Source: Eledone cirrhosa
Taxonomy: Eukaryota
Length of the DNA stretch: 64,000 bases
NCBI GenBank assembly: GCA_964016885.1
Contig: OZ024743.1
Span: forward strand, 4,588,001-4,652,000
Direction: 5' to 3'
Numbering within the stretch: position 1 is the first letter of the stretch; every line of letters starts with the position of its first letter. The notes beneath the pieces are model-generated. The model was given only the letters and a program-made list of their open reading frames with translations. It searched no databases and was not told the DNA's origin. Below, piece by piece: positions 1 through 11,596 of this stretch. A program made the position numbers and the translations under genes.

Positions 1-1
1 G

Positions 2-265
2 GAAGGGTCGTATCTGTCCGGTATTTAAATTAAGAGTTACGTCAAGAAAGTTTACTACTTTAAGATTGTATTCGTATGTTATTTTTACACCCAGTTCACT
101 AAAAGATTTTCTAATATTTGTCCGTAGCCTTTCAAGATTTTGGTTATTCAAGTTATTAACTAATAAGAGCCCGTCATCTCTGTATATCCCCCCCTGTAGA
201 TTACTAAATTTACTATGTAATATGTGGGCTATGTAAATTCCCACGAGATCCGTGACCTCGCCCAT
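2..265 (-). mobile_element. Penelope-like element reverse transcriptase fragment (YRDD type, Naiad/Chlamys-like), runs off left edge
   Basis: Manual translation: MGEVTDLVGIYIAHILHSKFSNLQGGIYRDDGLLLVNNLNNQNLERLRTNIRKSFSELGVKITYEYNLKVVNFLDVTLNLNTGQIRPF; GxYRDDGL and VNFLDVTLNL are PLE RT motifs; no stop in this span. Confidence 0.85.
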
Positions 266-448
266 CTCTTTCCATTCAAATTAGAAAAGCTACATTCTTA
301 GCGAGTGTAAATGGCAAGTAAGTATGTTTTGAAATATATATATATATAATCAAGTATATTTTGAAATATATATATATAATCAAATATATATATATAATCA
401 GGGTTTAGCTAATAAGAAAAAGTTAATAATAAATTTTAAAAAATTCAC

Positions 449-568
<120 letters not shown>

Positions 569-688
569 TTTATCTACTTCTATATATATTATTCTGTTTC
601 TCCTTTTCCTCTTCTTCCTCCAACCTCACTTTCATATATATTATATTTTTGTTTTTCAAATCCACTGTCAATAAATACACCAGGATTT

Positions 689-748
689 TTTCATGCTGAT
701 GACTGAAAGCAAATTTGTTTGCTTTCAAGAAACCACTGGTAAATGAAA
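689..748 (+). ncRNA. Type I hammerhead ribozyme motif
   Basis: tttcatg-CTGATGA-c-tgaaagcaaa/tttgctttca-a-GAAA-CC-act-GG-TA|aatgaaa; one mismatch at base of stem I. Confidence 0.7.
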
Positions 749-793
749 TAATTATCTCATGTTGTTTATTACATAACTATATATATAAAAAAT

Positions 794-1275
794 TAGAATT
801 GGTGCTCTGAAATAGTGATATATATATATGAATGTATATATAGTGTATTTTGTAATACACTGTATGCTTAATTAAAAGCATTTCGAAGACCTTACGCAAT
901 TGTTTTAGAGTAGTGACAGTCTCACTTACTTTAAATTTTCAGCAAACAGGGGAGATAAAGCTGACAGAGCTCTGTTTCGTACTTTTTGGTACTTATCAAA
1001 GCTAACTACTCCACCTGTTTGCTGAAAATCATGAATGTTTGATTCTTATAGAAATCTAGTAATAATCAGGAACTGATTATACAGAGCGGTTGCCGGTCAA
1101 GCAGAAATTGAAAATGAGAATTGGTGCTCTGAAATAGCGATATATATATATGAATGTATATATAGTGTATTTTGCAATACACTGTATGCTTAATTGAAAG
1201 CATTTCGAAGACCTTGCGCTATTGTTTTAGAGTAGTGACAGTCTAATTTACTTTAAATTTTCAGCAAATAGGGGA
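794..1275. repeat. ~160-bp direct repeat (about 794-954 and 1117-1275) bracketing a hammerhead hairpin; pLTR-like
   Basis: agaattggtgctctgaaatag...ttaaattttcagcaaa(c/t)aggggag present twice. Confidence 0.85.
935..1028 (-). ncRNA. Type I hammerhead ribozyme with U3-A8 core variant
   Basis: Minus strand: agct-TTGATAA-GTAC-caaaaa-GTAC-GAAA-CAGAGCTCTG-TC|agct, with stem I extended by ttttcagcaaacagg/cctgtttgctgaaaa. Confidence 0.75.
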
Positions 1276-1403
1276 GTGTATTGCAAAATCTTAGGTCGTG
1301 CATGTTAAGTGTATGTTAATTATACTATATATTTTTAGGTTTTATATCCAATAGGACGAAGTAAGTGTATAACAACAACAAACAAACAAAAACATTAACA
1401 ATG

Positions 1404-2737
1404 AAATAACAACGATTTATCGATCAGGGATACCAGTGACTAAATAAGAAATTATAGAAATTTTATGGCAGATCCTTAAATTAATGTTGAGTTCAAGAAC
1501 TTTTAAAACCAATAAATATCTATTTATTTAAAGTAATTCAGAGACAATGCTAAACAATAAAGTCTGCATTATCGAAGACGTTTACGGACAGTATGATGAA
1601 AATAACTTCAAAGACTGCAATACAATAATATCAGAAGAACTGATTATCTTTTGGCCACAAATACACAGGAATACTATGCTTTACATAAATTGAATACAAT
1701 AAAAGATTTGGCTTCAATGAAAATTAATATATTTGAAAGCAACGATAAAGTTGCAATTGTTTCATGTTTTCTTCATTCCGGAAGCGTAATATATATAGAA
1801 TTGTTATTCTATAGTGGCTACTCTTGTTTTCATCAATACTATATTATTCTATTCATATAAGTATGTGTGTGTAGCTGTATATATATATATATATAAACGG
1901 AAAAAATGAAACGAAATTTCATTTCTCACTCTTAGTACGGCTGTTACTTAAATATAAGTATGTATACGTACATACATATATGTATACAGACGTACAGTAG
2001 TATGTATATATATATATATACATACATTCACACATTTATATATGTATGTATGGATTCACCGAACATTTATTATAATGCTCGGTGTGTTTGTAAACAAACA
2101 TCCCGTATTAAGCCGTACAGTGTCTAGCAACCATCGTTGCTCATTTGTTCAACACTGACAAAGGAACGCTGTACTAGTTTCAAGCTTATTAGCTATCGTC
2201 AGTAACGTATACCTTCCTGCCAGATGATTGAACGTCTGAAAGTATATACTTTCCTTATACATATTAACGGCTGAGCAACCTAATTTGCATATCGAGTGAG
2301 TTAATTGATGAAAACAAGAGTAGCCACTATAGAATAACAATTCTATATATATTATGCTTCCGGAATGAAGAAAACATGAAACAATTGCAACTTTATCGTT
2401 GCTTTCAAATATATTAATTTTCATTGAAGCCAAATCTTTTATTGTATTCAATTTATGTAAAGCATAGTATTCCTGTGTATTTGTGGCCAAAAGATAATCA
2501 GTTCTTCTGATATTATTGTATTACAGTCTTTGAAGTTATTTTCATCATACTGTCCGTAAACGTCTTCGATAATGCAGACTTTATTGTTTAGCATTGTCTC
2601 TGAATTACTTTAAATAAATAGATATTTATTGGTTTTAAAAGTTCTTGAACTCAACATTAATTTAAGGATCTGCCATAAAATTTCTATAATTTCTTATTTA
2701 GTCACTGGTATCCCTGATCGATAAATCGTTGTTATTT
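1404..2737. repeat. ~430-bp near-perfect inverted repeat (1404-1837 vs 2304-2737), Penelope-like inverted pLTR
   Basis: Same MATNTQEYY... pseudo-ORF on both strands; arms nearly identical. Confidence 0.9.
2164..2212 (-). ncRNA. Type I hammerhead ribozyme motif
   Basis: acgtta-CTGACGA-t-AGCT-aata-AGCT-t-GAAA-CTAG-TA|cagcgt. Confidence 0.65.
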
Positions 2738-2860
2738 ATTGATTACTCAATGAATATAGTTTAACAATAGATTAAAAGCACTCTACATTGAAGTTTTCTG
2801 GAGTTATTAATATTATTCAAAATATTAATAAATGAAGACGTTCACATAATCAAAATATAT

Positions 2861-2923
2861 GTTTTATTATATATATTTCGGAGGTACTGTGCTGTTTTTT
2901 CGGTACGTCGTCGTCAGATAAAA
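2861..2923 (-). ncRNA. Hammerhead ribozyme, left arm (stem II partly decayed)
   Basis: ttttat-CTGACGA-...cagtacctcc-GAAA-TATATA-TA|ataaaa. Confidence 0.6.
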
Positions 2924-3006
2924 TACATGAATTGATGTATGACATACCTCAACTGTCTTGATGGTTCAATTCCAGTATACTGACTACCAATACAGGAATT
3001 CATGTA

Positions 3007-3068
3007 TTTTATCTGACGAGGACGTACTGAAAAAAGAGAACAGTACCTCCGAAATATATATAATAAAA
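3007..3068 (+). ncRNA. Type I hammerhead ribozyme, intact core
   Basis: ttttat-CTGACGA-GGAcGTACTG/CAGTACcTCC-GAAA-TATATA-TA|ataaaa. Confidence 0.8.
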
Positions 3069-3113
3069 CATATATTTTGGTTATGTGAACGTCTTCATTT
3101 ATTAATATTTTGC

Positions 3114-3174
<61 letters not shown>

Positions 3175-3219
3175 TTATATATATAAAATGTATATGATTC
3201 CACTTCCTCAGTGAAACAA

Positions 3220-3437
3220 CAACCCAACCAGGAACTGGGCATATCAGAGTATTGACAAATTGACCGCTTCAAGCAGTCAGAATGAGTGTGGTAGAGACGA
3301 GTACACATATTGTTGAGGTGTTTAACTTTGTCAACCCAACCAGGAACTGGGCATATCAGAGTATTGACAAAGTTAAACACCTCAACAACATGTGTACTCG
3401 TCTCTACCACACTAATTCTGACTGCCTGAAGCGGTCA
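3220..3437. repeat. Nested inverted (3261-3334 vs 3363-3437) and direct (3220-3258 vs 3332-3370) repeats
   Basis: tgaccgcttcaagcagtcagaat... reverse-complemented downstream; caacccaaccaggaactgggcatatcagagtattgacaa twice. Confidence 0.85.
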
Positions 3438-3475
3438 CAGCCAAAGATGGCTGTCACCGAAATATATATAGCAGT
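3421..3475 (+). ncRNA. Hammerhead-like motif with A9->C substitution
   Basis: actgc-CTGAAGC-GGTcACAGCC/GGCTGTcACC-GAAA-TATATA-TA|gcagt. Confidence 0.65.
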
Positions 3476-3630
3476 AATAAACGAAGCCAAATTTTAAACA
3501 TTTGACTTATTTATTTTATTTTATTTTATTTTACATTACTCCGGAGTAACCAAACCAACCTGCGCACTTCGTCGAGTGCTCCAATCTGCATACCGAGGTG
3601 TTGTTATACAACCAACTTATACTCAAAATG

Positions 3631-3840
<210 letters not shown>

Positions 3841-3844
<4 letters not shown>

Positions 3845-4399
3845 AGAAAAATGGAGTGCTGCGTGGTTGCACATGGGTTACATATGAATAAAATTAGTCC
3901 TTCATCAGTGATCTTCCAACGTTCATTGGTATTTCATCGCTTTAAAAATCATATACTTCTGGTTGGTGCGAACAATAACTAAATAAAGTTATTGGGACAA
4001 GTAAAATAGCGTGAAACGAGCGAGACATGTAAACAAACAAAGATGGTATTGCAACGGAAAGATAGGAAGAGACAAGTACATGATATATGTAAGCTTAAGC
4101 TTGGTGAATTCATGGAGAGATACAGATCATCCGACATGGGTGAGATGTGAGCGAGAAAAGGATTTCACACAGGTCAAACAGGAGGAAGTGAGAGAAGGGG
4201 AGAAGCAGAGAGTGAGTGAGTGGGAGTGTGAGGAAGAGGCCAGCCGAGAGAGAGTGTGACTGGCAGAGGGCGTAAAAAGAAGGTGAGAGATACAGAGAGA
4301 GGGGGAAGCAGTAAGAAAGAAACAGACAATCGCAGCTGAGGAAAAAATATAAATATAAGAAAAATGGAGTGCTGCGTGGTTGCACATGGGTTACATATG

Positions 4400-4401
<2 letters not shown>
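3841..4401. repeat. 48-bp direct repeat (3841-3888, 4354-4401) bracketing a GA-rich segment
   Basis: tataagaaaaatggagtgctgcgtggttgcacatgggttacatatgaa twice. Confidence 0.9.
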
Positions 4402-4430
<29 letters not shown>

Positions 4431-4453
4431 ATGCATAATAAACAATACAATAT

Positions 4454-4531
4454 AATTACCTCATTACCAGAGGTTTCCCGAATAAGACGAATACGAAAAA
4501 CTTCCTCATTCGTTCATCGGACAAGGCAATT
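4454..4531 (-). ncRNA. Hammerhead-like motif with U4->C core
   Basis: aattgccttgt-CCGATGA-a-cgaatgag...cttattcg-g-GAAA-CC-tct-GG-TA|atgaggtaatt; 11-bp stem I with GU pairs. Confidence 0.6.
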
Positions 4532-4806
4532 TAAAACATAGTGAAATATTTGAAAAATCTCCTCAACAAAGGCAAGAGTTTAACGGGCAAAAAAATATAT
4601 AAATAAAAGTAATGCAAGAGATATATAAAAAAATAAGGAAATATAGTTAGGGTATGTGTATATGTATGTATATTCACTCACAAATGTACATATGTGTGTA
4701 TGTACAAATGCATGTGTATAGTGAAAATGTGTGCGTAGTTACTCTGGTACTTATATAGAGCACCCTTCACTCCTATGACTTTTTCAATTTTCAACAGAAA
4801 ATTCAA

Positions 4807-4920
<114 letters not shown>

Positions 4921-5015
4921 TATATATATTATATATATAACGAAGGAGTTGTTGTAAGGCTATTGCTGTCTGAGTCCAGAAATAGCCATCGAAACGGCTT
5001 GGTCATACATTTTCC

Positions 5016-5058
<43 letters not shown>

Positions 5059-5059
5059 C

Positions 5060-5222
5060 ATTTCACATTGGATAAATGAGAAACAGCAGCAACCGGGAGG
5101 GTGTAACGTAGCAACGGACTAGCGTCTCCTCAAGGAACTGAGAGTTTGGTTCTCAATTACTTAAAGATGCATGGAACCGGGATAAGCTCTAGCCTGATGA
5201 ACATTGGAAGGTAAGGATGGCA
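5060..5222 (+). mobile_element. Degenerate SINE 3' fragment
   Basis: ggactagcgtc...ggaaccgggataagctctagcctgatg resembles body and tail of the SINE at 13.34-13.6 kb. Confidence 0.5.
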
Positions 5223-5241
5223 TACAAACATATAACACACA

Positions 5242-5324
<83 letters not shown>

Positions 5325-5406
5325 TTATATATATATACAATTGAATATATGAGAGCGATGAACACCGATACAAGTATACATGTGTTCGAATTGCAAATAT
5401 ATATAT

Positions 5407-5427
5407 ATATCAACTAGAAATAGATTG

Positions 5428-5461
<34 letters not shown>

Positions 5462-5519
5462 CAACTAGAAATAGATTGACACTATATATATATACATATA
5501 TATCAACTAAAAATAGATT

Positions 5520-5558
<39 letters not shown>

Positions 5559-5665
5559 ACTAGAAATAGATTGACACATATATATATATATATATATATA
5601 TATCAACTAGAAATATATATATATATATATATCAACTAGAAATAGATTGACACATATATATATAT
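5407..5665. repeat. Tandem units tatcaactagaaatagattgacac interleaved with (TA)n (about 6 copies)
   Basis: Direct reading. Confidence 0.9.
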
Positions 5666-6184
5666 AAAATAAACACACGAAACAATCTCAGGGAATAATT
5701 TGTAAAGTGTGTAAGCACACATAGCTAGGTAGGTAACTAATTAAAGTTTAACTAGAACTTCAAATGTAGATACCTTTTAAAATGATTAATATCCTTTGTA
5801 TATATTTCTTTAAATAAAAAATATATTTCACCAATTAATCAATAAATCACAGCAGTTAAATCCCGGATGGTCACCAAAGGAGAAGATCCAACCATCTGTG
5901 TTTACACAGCAAATGCAAATCTGTGAATGACTCGAACCACGTGTTGCATTTTATAAAAAATACAGACCTCGCACCGCGTCATCCCAGTGGCGTGAATAGG
6001 ATTATCGACAGCTAGAAATAGCAGCCGAGTCCATTCAACTGAATTAGCTCTACAATCAAGGGGCCGTATATATATCCAAAATCAATGTGCTATGTGTGCT
6101 TGCACACTTTACAAATTATTCCCTGAGATTGTTTCATATGCTTATTTTATATATATATGTGTCAATCTATTTCTAGTTGATATA
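5628..6184. repeat. Inverted repeat (about 5628-5725 vs 6089-6184)
   Basis: caactagaaatagattgacac...cagggaataatttgtaaagtgtg.aagcacacatagc and its reverse complement. Confidence 0.85.
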
Positions 6185-6271
6185 AAATGCTCGGAACTAT
6201 TCTTTGAGCTTATTCTGCAGTGAATATGACGCATGTTTCTCAGACATGACAACCTTACCTTAATTTAATTT

Positions 6272-6319
<48 letters not shown>

Positions 6320-6813
6320 AAAAAGGGAAAAGAATGACTTCATTTGTAGTTCTAAACAATTTAATTTTATAATATTATAATTTTACAATTTGGTTTTGTA
6401 GATCTAGTAAGTTCTTTGTTAACTTCGATGGGAAGATTTGTTTTAAGATTCCTGGTTAGCTTTGCTGGAGAACCTTCTCGCATCCGTCTGTGGCGATTGT
6501 CGAGAATGTTCTCCAGGAAAGCTAACCAGGAATCTTTAAAAAATCTCCCCACGGAAGTTAATAAAAAACTTACTAGATCTACAGAATCAAATTGTAAAAT
6601 TATAATTGTTTCTACTTTTGGCACAAGGCCAGCAATTATCCCAGTGTATTACTGGTACTTTATTTTATCGACCCCGTAAGGATGAAAGGCAAAGTTAACC
6701 TCGGCGAGATTTGAACTCAGAATGGCAAGGGCCGTAATTCTATGCTAGAAAGCATGGCGTCCGATCCTCTACCGATACTGCCAATCCAAAGTGAAGTCAT
6801 TCTTTTCCTTTTT
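6320..6813. repeat. Imperfect palindrome interrupted by a SINE
   Basis: Inner arms about 6371-6463 / 6518-6607; outer arms ggaaaagaatgacttca / tgaagtcattcttttcc. Confidence 0.8.
6606..6788 (-). mobile_element. tRNA-derived SINE, family A (Deu/Nin-like central domain)
   Basis: tggattggcagtatcggtagag (A box)...gagttcaaatc (B box)...gcctttcatccttacggggtcgataaaataaagtacc...gtagaaacaatta. Confidence 0.9.
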
Positions 6814-6854
6814 CAAATATACCTAATTGTACCAAGGATTTCACACATTTTCCA

Positions 6855-6892
<38 letters not shown>

Positions 6893-6943
6893 AAAGAAAT
6901 AAAGAGAGATCGGGTTTTAGTTCAACATACTTTATTCGTAATC

Positions 6944-7036
6944 ACGCGTAACATGCTTCGCAAATGACCGGCACGAAACTTTAATCTTTACTAATCAGTT
7001 CGAGGAGTCAATGATCGATTTGCTCATCAGACACAA
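6944..7036 (-). ncRNA. Hammerhead-like motif with long stem II
   Basis: tgtgt-CTGATGA-GCAAAT...ATTTGC-GAAG-CATG-TT|acgcg; A15.1->G; partial inverted copy at about 7095-7140. Confidence 0.55.
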
Positions 7037-7774
7037 TGGAGATTAGGATCAGAATATGTACCTATTTATACAGTTATTCCGATTCTAATCCCCCTTGCGT
7101 CTGATGAACACCGATCCTAGAGTTAAGTTGATTTGCGAAATACTTCTTATATATATAAACACTTGTTTCCGAATAAAATATGTTGAACAATATAAATACT
7201 CCGCATATTATGCCAGTAATAAACTAATCCCGGTGTTAGTCCACACTTTTAACGCTGAATATCCAATTCACGTAAAAACATTCAGTGCTGAAACAGGTGG
7301 CATTTATGATAATTAGTATTACTCATTAACTAGTTATATATATACGTATGATGTTAGTTGTTCAGACCATTGAGACCATTATTCAACATATTACTTTATA
7401 ATTAAGAATCGTAGAGGATGTTTCGATAGCAAATGAGAAAATAAAGCTGTTTCACATAATTTGGCTTAAACTCTTCGATGGCGTGGTTATGGTTTAATTG
7501 AGAGGTGAGGGTGACTCTAGCAGAGAGGAATTTCATCAAAGTGTGTAATCAAATACATTGTGAGAATTAAATGTAAAGGAATTGGCTGTTATAGATAAAA
7601 TTAATTTTTATGGGGCGTTGTTGACTGCCATCTATTTACACGGCCAACAACCTAGGTCATTAGTAAAGTTTTATGTCTCTGGCAGTATGTGAGGTGATAT
7701 TTTCAGTGTTTTCAACTGGGATATTTAGCATGGGACGAAATTTTATGAATTATTCTGTGTGTGTGTGTGTGTGT

Positions 7775-7842
<68 letters not shown>

Positions 7843-8256
7843 CTTATTGGGAGTGGGTGTTGTTTAGTCGAGAGGTTTAGGGTTTGGTTAGTATTTGGAT
7901 AAATTAGATGTTCCAGGTGTGTTATGTAAATATTTGGTTAGTTAAGTAATTTAGTTAGTTGTTGTGGAGTACTGCATGTGTTGGTAGTATCGTTATACCT
8001 ATCATTAATTGTGCTTTATTTTACGAGAAATGTTTGGGAAATGTAAGTGTAATATGTTGTGTAATGGGGTGATTCTTTGCATTTTGGTGGATTGTTAGTG
8101 ACGTTTTGGTTTCTTCTAGGGATTGTTTTCTTTGTATCATGATCTATTGATTGTGTATATATATAGAACCATTTATTTAAATTCGTCCTATAGTAAACGA
8201 CACCGGGTTCACGCTGGAAACAGTGAAAAGTGACCTATTGACTTAGGACTAGAGAT

Positions 8257-8444
8257 AATTGTTTCTGCTTTTGGCACAAGGTCAGCAATTACTCCAGTGC
8301 ATTAATGGTACTTTATTTTATCGACCCCGTAAGGATGAAAGGCAAAGTTAACCTTAGCGGGATTTGCACTCAGAACGTAAAGGGACGTAATTATGCTGGA
8401 AAGCATGGCGTCCGACCCTCTACCGATACTGCCAATCCACCGCC
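8257..8444 (-). mobile_element. SINE family A with TSD ggactagagataat
   Basis: Full-length copy; 14-bp duplication at 8246-8259 and 8446-8459. Confidence 0.9.
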
Positions 8445-9105
8445 TGGACTAGAGATAATGACACATTAACATACAAGATTTTTTGCCCCATGGTAAAGCT
8501 TTTACAGCTTCGATAGCAAATGAGAAAATAATTCGGGGGTGTGGATACGGTTTGATTGAGAAGAGGGGGAACCTGTCAGGAGGAGGATTCTGCAAAGAGA
8601 CCACTCACTGGTGAGAATAAAATGAAAAGAAATTGTTGGTTGTTGTAGATAAAATTAATATGTAAACGTACCCACTTACACACAAGCACAGACACACAGA
8701 CTCAGACACAGACTGACAGATCCCCCTCCTATATATACTATATATATATATGTATATATATATATATGTAGAGAGAGGGGGTGCAGAGTGAGAGAGAGAG
8801 AGAACTACAGTGGATAGTCATCAGTAAAAATGCAAAGCAAAGTGTGCCTAGAAATCCATATGGAAAATGTTAACATCAAACCATGCAAAAGTTATGTTAG
8901 TATATTATTCTTGATAAAAATAAATAATTGTTATAAATGTGATTGCTAGATATTATTATTGCTAATTTTCATTAGTTCAGGTCATATCTGTATGTAAATT
9001 GTTTCGTTTCGGTTGAGAATTACCCCCACGTACTAGCGACTCAGTTTGTATTTGTGAATAGTAAGGCCTTGGCGCCTTTATGATCAAAGGTCTATTTCCT
9101 TACAA

Positions 9106-10156
9106 TCTATATATATAAAACTGAGGTTGTCTGTCTGTCTATCGATTTTTGGCACACATCTCATCTTAGAATCTCTCACGGAATTGCACCGAAATTGCTA
9201 TACTTGTACATTGAGCCCTAGCGAAGACATCGGAAAAAAAATATTTCAAATTGACCCGCCCTATCTGACGAAATCGAATATAATGTATCGATTTTTGAGC
9301 GTAAGTGATCAGTTATTTCCCTTTGTTCTGTTTACATTCAGCGTAGCGTCTTACGTTCTGTTTACATTTTCTGCGTGCAAAAATTAAAAAAATTACGCTG
9401 GCAAAAATTAAAAAAATTACGCTGGCAAAAATTAAAAAAATTACGCTGGCTTTCTCAGCGTTTAAAATGACATTAACACAATACACGAACAGTTGTCGAG
9501 CCAGCAAAATTTACCTGCAAAATTCATCAGTTCGAACACTAAACTTCCGTTTTGCTTCATTTCCATTTAAAAGCCTTTTAAAACAATATTTTTACTTGAA
9601 AACAAGTCTATTTAAAGACTACGTAAAACAAGCAAATATTTCGTAAAAAAAAGCAAAAATTATATAAGTTTATTTAAAATATATGTATCTGTAAATTTCG
9701 TTAGGCGTGCAGAGAGGTGATATACGCGTGCAGACAGACAGTCGTGCAGAGAGGTGATATACGCGTGCAGACAGACAGTCGTGCAGAGAGGTGATATACG
9801 CGTGCAGACAGATAGTCGTGCAGAGAGGTGATATAGGCGTGCAGACAGACATAACTGATAATTTGGTTACGCTAATGTTTTTCTCTGCGTTGCAGTGTTT
9901 ACATTTTCGATCTTTGTTAATAAATAACCAGTGCAGTTTTTATCCCCAGCATCCTCTTTTGTTATAACATTCGGGTTATCGTTATGTTTTCTTAACTTCA
10001 TAAGGCATATTGTTGGTTGAGGGAATATTAATCAAAAACACCACATGCAAGTCTGCACAGTAGACACTACAGTTTTTAGGCCAAAAAAGAAACTTAACAT
10101 TGTAACTTTAACACAACTACTGAGCGACCCCGAGCAACGCCGGGCTTTACTGCTAG
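9106..10156 (+). mobile_element. Non-autonomous Helitron
   Basis: A|TCTATATATATAAAA 5' end; subterminal hairpin cccgagcaacgccggg; CTAG|T 3' end; no TSD; internal tandem repeats at about 9378-9450 and 9706-9850. Confidence 0.85.
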
Positions 10157-10381
10157 TACTCTATAATATCCACTGAATGAGCGTGTAAATGATGTGTAAA
10201 CTCTGTATTTCGTACATATTCACCATGCATTGTCATGATGAAACACAGTTTCTATTTATCTGTTCATCTATTTGCGCCTGTGCGTACAAGCGGATCCAGG
10301 TTTTGTCAATCTGTTTTTCTATCTATCGATGCATACATCCCCCCAAAATCATACTTACATGCATTCATACATACATATGTG

Positions 10382-10722
<341 letters not shown>

Positions 10723-10884
10723 ACATGTGTATTATGTATGTACATATGCATGAAGGTACACCAACGTGAATGCATAAGAATGTTGTAAATACAAAACTGA
10801 TAGTGTATGAAACAAAAAAATAATAAAGTTATAAGCAAAATATGAAATATATATCAGAACTTATATTTGAGAATGTGGTGATAT

Positions 10885-10955
<71 letters not shown>

Positions 10956-10996
10956 TTAATAAATTATACAATTATCAAAGTTGTGTTCAAATCATT

Positions 10997-11050
10997 TAAT
11001 AGCTGACAATCGTTTCTTCCAAACTCTCGTTTGGAATCATCGGAGCATTA
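10997..11050 (-). ncRNA. Hammerhead motif (U4->C), GAGA-capped stem II
   Basis: taatgct-CCGATGA-TTCCAAAC-GAGA-GTTTGGAA-GAAA-CGATTG-TC|agctatta. Confidence 0.7.
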
Positions 11051-11596
11051 TCAATGTTTGCACATATAATTCACCTCCTATTCAACTGAACAATAATATA
11101 GATACTTATAAATTGATGTTGTGAGCAACAGTTTCGTATTTACAAGGTGGGATGGATGCGACATATATTTTACGAGAATTGTACCATAATTGTACAAGAA
11201 TTCAAGTTCAAATTAAAATCAAAATCAAAATTAAATCAAAATCAAAATCAAAATCAAAAGCACGGGGTGGAATACATGCAACAGTTAAAACAAGGGAATA
11301 GTCCAAATATTATAGAGGCATTGAGGAAGCAGTTTTGAGAAAGGAAGAGTGCGATAACAAATCATATGCAGGCGTGTGGATAGTGTGACTGCGTAGGTCA
11401 TATACATGAGGAGGAGACAAGCAAAGCTATTATGCATATATAGAAGAATAAATACTGCAGTTAGAGAAATTATGTTAATGTATTAGAGTCTATGGTGGGT
11501 GTTGGATGTTTATGGTATTCGAATTGATGTGTGTTGAGAAACATACAGTTTTTGCAGACTTTTCCATGACATATGTTGAAATAAACTTTAGTTTGC

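Larger units (their letters stand above)
2814..3110. repeat. Inverted repeat (about 2814-2933 vs 2997-3110), each arm carrying a hammerhead
   Basis: aatattaataaatgaagacgttcacataa...aaatacatgaatt and its reverse complement. Confidence 0.9.

Noticed and set aside
1651-2490. Duplicated MATNTQEYY ORFs as a gene pair
   Set aside because: TTG starts, no recognisable domain; by-product of the inverted repeat
3885-3912. Minus-strand CTGATGAAGGACTA
   Set aside because: Only the 5' half of a hammerhead; truncated, so not called
5194-5225. CTGATGA as a hammerhead core
   Set aside because: No stem II or GAAA; part of a SINE tail
5407-5665. CRISPR-like repeat-spacer pattern
   Set aside because: Spacers are just (TA)n; eukaryotic context; no cas genes
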